A stretch of DNA of 64,000 nucleotides, taken from Dehalococcoidia bacterium. GTDB lineage: Bacteria; Chloroflexota; Dehalococcoidia; UBA2979. Below are positions 59,493 through 64,000 of this stretch, one piece after another. How positions within the stretch are numbered: position 1 is the first letter of the stretch; every line of letters starts with the position of its first letter. The translations under genes and the position numbers were made by a program. The stretch covers positions 256,001 to 320,000 of the forward strand of contig CAXXDN010000002.1 in the NCBI GenBank assembly GCA_963667465.2. Reading direction: 5' to 3'. The notes below the pieces were generated by a model. The model searched no databases. It was not told the origin of the DNA and was given only the letters and a program-made list of their open reading frames with translations.

Positions 59493-60610
59493 CGACGGGC
59501 GCCACGTCCCGCCTCGGCGATCCCGCGGCGCTGGTCGAGCTGCCCGCCGATCCGGGCGAGCTGCACGACGCCTTCGCCGAGCGCGGCTGGTCGGACGGCC
59601 TGCCCGTCATCCCGCCCACCGAGGAGCGGGTCGAGGCGATGCTCGCCTACACCGATCGCGATCGGCGCGAGGTGCTGGGCGTGCTGCCGCCTCGCCGCGG
59701 CGTGGCGACCATCGAGGTGGTGGCGATCAACGCCGTCCTCGCGGGCTGCGAGCCGCGCGCGCTGCCGCTGCTGCTGGCGGCGGTGCAGGGCATCGTGCAG
59801 CCGCAGTTCAACCTCAGCGGCATCAACGCGACGACGCACCCGTGCGCGGTGCTGGTGCTCGTCAACGGCCCAATCGGGCGCGAGCTGGGGGTGCACGGCG
59901 GCCCCGGCTGCTACGGCCCCGGCTTTCGCGCGAACGCAACGATCGGGCGCGCGATCCGGCTGCTGCTGCTCAACGTTGCGGGCGCCTCGCCCGGTCACGG
60001 CGACCGCGCCACGCAGGGCACGCCCGCCAAGTTCGCGCTCTGCCTCGCGGAGAACGAGGAGGCCAGCCCGTGGCCGCCGTTCCACACCACGCGCGGCTTC
60101 GAGCCGGAGGACAGCACGGTCACCGTCGCCGCCAGCGAGGGTCCGCACAACATCCAGGAGCACGGCAGCAACACCGCGCTCGGCGTCCTGCAGACGGTCG
60201 CCGGCGCGCTCGGGCAAGCGGGGAGCAACAACATCCTCAGCCGTGGCGAGCCGCTGCTCGCGCTTGGCCCCGAGCACGCCGCGACGATCGCCTACGAGGG
60301 TTGGACCCGCGAGGGTGTCCAGCAGTACGTCCACGAGCACGCGCGCTACCCCGCGTCGCGGCTCTCACCTGAGTTCCTCGAGTCCGTCAACGTGCGCATC
60401 GAGCCGGAGTCGGGGCTCGTTCAGTTCCCGGCGGACGCGCTGCTCCCAATCGTCAACGAGCCGGAGCACCTGCAGCTCTTCGTCGCCGGCGGGCCGGGCA
60501 AGCACTCCTCGTGGCTGCCGACCTTCGGACAGCGCACCCAGCCGGTCACGACCGTGATCGCCGACCGCTTCGGTCGCCCCGTCGGCAGCGTCGAGGACCT
60601 TCGCGGCTAA
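59489..60610 (+). CDS. UGSC-associated conserved protein (WSDGLP family)
   Basis: GWSDGLPVIPPTEERVEAML, INAVLAGC, ANATIGRAIRL, AENEE.SPW, VAGGPG. Confidence 0.8.
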   Translation: MTTGATSRLGDPAALVELPADPGELHDAFAERGWSDGLPVIPPTEERVEAMLAYTDRDRREVLGVLPPRRGVATIEVVAINAVLAGCEPRALPLLLAAVQGIVQPQFNLSGINATTHPCAVLVLVNGPIGRELGVHGGPGCYGPGFRANATIGRAIRLLLLNVAGASPGHGDRATQGTPAKFALCLAENEEASPWPPFHTTRGFEPEDSTVTVAASEGPHNIQEHGSNTALGVLQTVAGALGQAGSNNILSRGEPLLALGPEHAATIAYEGWTREGVQQYVHEHARYPASRLSPEFLESVNVRIEPESGLVQFPADALLPIVNEPEHLQLFVAGGPGKHSSWLPTFGQRTQPVTTVIADRFGRPVGSVEDLRG

Positions 60611-60647
60611 GCCGCTCCCGGCGCGCCCAACCGGCCGCCGAGGGCCC

Positions 60648-60834
60648 TCCGGCCCCCTCTCCCCGCGCGGGAGAGGGCGGGGGTGAGGGGGCGCCGCGCG
60701 CCAGCGCGGCCAGCGCCGACGTGCTGCTGCGTCTGAACCCAGGGATCGAGGCGATCGCACGAGAACTCCGCGAGTCACCTCCGGAGTCCCCCTCACCCTA
60801 ACCCTCTCCCGCCAGGGGAGAGGGGATCGGACGG
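60648..60834. repeat. Inverted pair of REP/CIR-like repeats (REPIN-like)
   Basis: Copies at 60648-60691 and 60788-60834 in opposite orientation, between convergent genes. Confidence 0.75.
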
Positions 60835-60888
60835 TACCGCGGGGTGCAGAGCGCGCTCACCCTCGAAGCGAGGGACCGGACCGACCTG

Positions 60889-61542
60889 CTAGTTGAGCGC
60901 GCCCGGCTCGCTCCAGCGCCGCACCGCGCTGTCCGTCGAGCGCTGCCGCATCTGCTCGATCAGCGGCGCGAACATCGCCACCGCACGCTCCAGCCGGAGC
61001 GCGGGGTCGAGCATTTCGAGCAGCTCTTGCCGCTCATCCGCGTTACCCGCCCCGGTCGCGCCGATCGCATCGGCGAGCACGCCGGGAGGCCTGGTGACGG
61101 GTTCGGGGGAGCGAGGGCGCACGTAGCCGCCCTGCGAGCTGAAGCGCAGTCGCTCGAAGTCGTCGAGCAGCTCTTGCCCGCGCTCCAGCAGCTCCTGCGG
61201 CGCCTCCCCCGGCTGGTCCTCGATCTCCTCGACATCGGCCCAGAGGTAGGGACGGTCGTGGTGCAGCTCCAGGATGCGCACGCGCCGCTCGCCGCGCGCG
61301 AGCAGCTGGATCGCGTTCAGCACGCCCTGCGCGACCTGCTCGATGCGCGCGGTGGCGCCGACCATGAACGGGTCCGCGAAGCCGCCCACCTCGGGGCCCT
61401 CGCGGATCAGCGCGACCCCGAACGGCTGCTCCTGCTCCACGCACTCCTGCACCAGTTGCAGGTAGCGCGGCTCGAAGACGTTGAGCGGGAGCGGCATGCC
61501 CGGGAAGAGCACGGTGTGCAGCGGGAACAGGCGCAGCTCCAT
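60889..61542 (-). CDS. Lon N-terminal substrate-binding domain protein
   Basis: LFPLHTVLFPG, VFEPRY, FGVALIREG, RQELLE. Confidence 0.9.
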   Translation of the reverse strand: MELRLFPLHTVLFPGMPLPLNVFEPRYLQLVQECVEQEQPFGVALIREGPEVGGFADPFMVGATARIEQVAQGVLNAIQLLARGERRVRILELHHDRPYLWADVEEIEDQPGEAPQELLERGQELLDDFERLRFSSQGGYVRPRSPEPVTRPPGVLADAIGATGAGNADERQELLEMLDPALRLERAVAMFAPLIEQMRQRSTDSAVRRWSEPGALN

Positions 61543-61628
61543 GCGCGGCCTCCTGCATGCTCGCGTACCTCAGCCTAGCGTACGCGAGACGCTATGATGC
61601 GGCTCCCGCACGCCGAAGGGAGGCGCCG

Positions 61629-62114
61629 GTGCCGAACCTGCGCGAACGCATCAGCCTGACCGACGAGGAGCTGCGCGAGTTCCTCGAGAGCGCCCACACG
61701 CTGCAGGTCGCCAGCATCGGTCCCGACGGCCGTCCGCACCTGGTGCCGATGTGGTTCTCCGTCGACGACGAGGGCTGCATCGTCTTCACCACCTACCGCT
61801 CCTCGCAGAAGGTGCGCAACATCGAGCGCGACCCGCGCGTCACACTGCTTGTCGAGGACGGCGTGGTCTACGACAAGCTGCGCGGCGTGATGATCGAGGG
61901 CGAGGCGGAGCTGCTCGACGATGTCGAGGTCACGCGCAACGTGATGCGCCTGATCGGCGTGAAGTACTACAGCGAGGGACCGGGCGGCGACTCGGCCCGC
62001 GCAGGCTCACAGGCGCGCCCCGACCGCCGCCGCGCCGTGCCGAAGCGCATCGTCGTGCGCATCCGGCCGGGCAAGGTCTCCTCGTGGGACCACACCAAGC
62101 TGCTGACGGACTAG
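61629..62114 (+). CDS. PPOX-class (FMN/F420-binding split barrel) oxidoreductase
   Basis: DGRPHLVPMW, SQKVRNIERDPRVT, SWDH. Confidence 0.88.
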   Translation: MPNLRERISLTDEELREFLESAHTLQVASIGPDGRPHLVPMWFSVDDEGCIVFTTYRSSQKVRNIERDPRVTLLVEDGVVYDKLRGVMIEGEAELLDDVEVTRNVMRLIGVKYYSEGPGGDSARAGSQARPDRRRAVPKRIVVRIRPGKVSSWDHTKLLTD

Positions 62115-62144
62115 CCGGACTCTCCGGAAAGGGAAGGAGCGGCC

Positions 62145-63020
62145 ATGTCGAGGTTCGATCCCGCCGCGACGCTTGACGATGTACGCGAGGACGCGCGCGA
62201 GCTCCTGCGAGGCGCGATCGACGTGCATGTGCACGCCTCGCCCGACCCCTACGCCCAGCGCCGGATGGCCGCCGACGCGCTCGTTGCGCGGGCCGCCGAG
62301 GCGGGCATGGGCGGCATTGTCCTGAAGAGCCACGAGTACAACACCCAGCCGCTCGCCTGGCTGCTCGACCGCCAGCACAAGGAGATCCGCGTCTACGGCG
62401 GCATTGCGCTCGACCACTGCGTCGGCGGGCTCAACATCGAAGCCGTCAGCGTCGCGATGCGCATCGGCACGACGGTGGTGTGGATGCCGACCTTCGACGC
62501 GCAAGGCTGGCGCGATGAGCGCCCCGGCGGCCGCCACAGCCCCGGTCCCGGGATCACCATCCTCGACGAGATGGGCGACCTGCGTCACGAGGTGATGGCG
62601 ATCCTCGACCTGATCGGGGAGTACGACGCCGTACTCGCCACCGGCCACCTCTCCACGCCCGAAGTCGCCGTGCTGGGGCGCGAGTCGCGCCGTCGCGGGA
62701 TCCGCACGGTCGTCACGCACGGCTCCTTCTACATCGACCTCGCGGTGCAGCAGGAGCTGGCGGGCCTCGGCGCCTACGTGGAGCAGGTGGCGACAGCGAC
62801 CAGCCACGAGGACGGCGACGAGCAGTGGGAGCTGATCGAGTCCCAGGTCCGGGCCGTCGGCCCGGAGCGCGTCATCCTCTCGACCGACTTCGGCCAGGCC
62901 CGGAACCCCGAGCCGCCCGTCGGCTTCGGCCGCTGGATCGAGCACTTCCTCGACGCCGGCTACTCGGCCTCGGACGTCGGGCGCATGGTGCGGGAGAACC
63001 CGGCCGAGCTGATCGGGTAG
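62145..63020 (+). CDS. Amidohydrolase-fold protein (DUF6282-like)
   Basis: IDVHVHASPD, LKSH, WMPT, TGH, THG, STDFGQ, ENP. Confidence 0.8.
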   Translation: MSRFDPAATLDDVREDARELLRGAIDVHVHASPDPYAQRRMAADALVARAAEAGMGGIVLKSHEYNTQPLAWLLDRQHKEIRVYGGIALDHCVGGLNIEAVSVAMRIGTTVVWMPTFDAQGWRDERPGGRHSPGPGITILDEMGDLRHEVMAILDLIGEYDAVLATGHLSTPEVAVLGRESRRRGIRTVVTHGSFYIDLAVQQELAGLGAYVEQVATATSHEDGDEQWELIESQVRAVGPERVILSTDFGQARNPEPPVGFGRWIEHFLDAGYSASDVGRMVRENPAELIG

Positions 63021-63048
63021 GGGGCTAGAGATCGGGTAGGGGGCTAGA
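63011..63048. repeat. Exact 19-bp tandem duplication
   Basis: GATCGGGTAGGGGGCTAGA at 63011-63029 and 63030-63048. Confidence 0.92.
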
Positions 63049-63304
63049 GAGGGACGCGCAACCGCTCCTCGTAACGTTCGCGGGCGCGCTCCCACATCTC
63101 GCTGATGCCGAAAAAGTAGCGGCCGTGCGTCTCTAGCAGGTCGTCCTCGGACTCCGCACCGAGCAGGACGATCTCGTGCTCAGTCCCAAGGGCCGTGCCT
63201 TCGCGCTCCGAATACGCCACGAGGGCCTCGTCCAGGTCTTCGAACGTGGTGATGCTGACCAGCTTCTGCGTGGCGCGATTGTAGTCGAGCAGGAAGTGCT
63301 TCAT
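63044..63304 (-). CDS. Putative antitoxin resembling the CapRel C-terminal domain
   Basis: HFLLDY..., ALVAY..RE, IVLLGAES...L..THGRYF; ATGA-coupled to the SAS gene. Confidence 0.65.
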   Translation of the reverse strand: MKHFLLDYNRATQKLVSITTFEDLDEALVAYSEREGTALGTEHEIVLLGAESEDDLLETHGRYFFGISEMWERARERYEERLRVPL

Positions 63305-63999
63305 GCATCAAGTCCTACAGCAATGACAAGAGCGGCGTCCAGGTGGCCCTCCGCCGAATCAAGCGCCTCTCGCACCCGCCCGATCGTTGGCTCCAGCGCG
63401 GCGAGCTGCTCCGGGTGCATTGACTCATCGATCATCGCGGACTCAATGAGGCGCAGCAAGTCGCTCGTGGCTTCTCTTGCTGTCCGGAGTGCCGAGTGGA
63501 ACTGGGCCAGCGATCCGATCGCGGACTTCGCACTCTCCGAGTTATCGGGATTCGCGCTCAGCGCCTCGCGCAGCCCATTGATGCGCTCTTCGGTCTTGTC
63601 GAAGTTCCCGAAGAATGTCGACACGGCGCCGAGGAGTTGGTTGATGCCGGGTGGACCGCCGCCGTACTTGATCTCAGGATCGAGTCGTTCCCCCAGCCTC
63701 TCGACTGCGTTAGCCCACTGTTCTTCCAGTTCCGTGCGCAGCTGTACCTCGACCGCCTTGCCCTGAGAGCGGATCACCACGTGCAGCGCGCGGTATCCGC
63801 CGCGCGGCTCGGCTTGATAATCGCGCTCGCGGACGATCTCAAGGTCTCGACGGATTAGTCCGAGGAGCTCGTGTTGCTCCCGCATTGTCGGCAGGACGAC
63901 ACGGCAGCCGGCGATGTCCTCGATGCGGGAGAGGTCGCTTGTCAGGCGGCGCAGCTTCTCAACGGTAGTCTCGAAGCGCTTGAGGCGGTAGGTGACAGG
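63301..63999 (-). CDS. RelA/SpoT small alarmone synthetase (5'-partial), toxSAS candidate
   Basis: Own translation from the edge: YRLKRFETTVEKLRR, IEDIAGCRVV, RDY, GGYRALH, VEVQLRT..EEQWA. Confidence 0.9.
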   Translation of the reverse strand, partial: PVTYRLKRFETTVEKLRRLTSDLSRIEDIAGCRVVLPTMREQHELLGLIRRDLEIVRERDYQAEPRGGYRALHVVIRSQGKAVEVQLRTELEEQWANAVERLGERLDPEIKYGGGPPGINQLLGAVSTFFGNFDKTEERINGLREALSANPDNSESAKSAIGSLAQFHSALRTAREATSDLLRLIESAMIDESMHPEQLAALEPTIGRVREALDSAEGHLDAALVIAVGLDA

Positions 64000-64000
64000 C

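Noticed and set aside
59347-60372. 341-aa ORF as a UGSC fusion
   Set aside because: Only the first ~29 codons are real UGSC sequence; the rest is an out-of-frame shadow of the WSDGLP gene

Overview
GC-rich bacterial chromosomal window. Gene content (LLM monooxygenases, N-extended GreA, UGSC module, caa3 oxidase with Ccm system I) suggests Chloroflexota/Dehalococcoidia; this is inference, not a database result. It carries housekeeping genes (serS, lysS, leuS, coaD, rsmD, rsmG, nadE, folP, tRNA-Ala), a complete ~16 kb aerobic-respiration cluster (ctaAB, ccmABCDEFGH, coxBACD, ctaG), catabolic oxidoreductases and small defence or TA inserts (VapBC, HicAB, orphan EcoRII-N plus SRA-HNH, split CapRel-like toxSAS). 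The most striking signal is at 56.7-60.6 kb. A thiolase-superfamily gene there has an in-frame TGA in its C-terminal active-site loop (FVNG-U-GGG), followed by a SECIS-like hairpin. It is divergent from an Rdx gene and a UGSC-family selenoprotein that has its own SECIS. This points to a possibly undescribed selenocysteine thiolase-like/DUF35 system. Also missed by the ORF track: a 56-aa membrane peptide behind a sigma70 promoter with three LexA-like boxes, and a ccmH that appears to start at CTG. All calls come from motif reading only; no searches were run.
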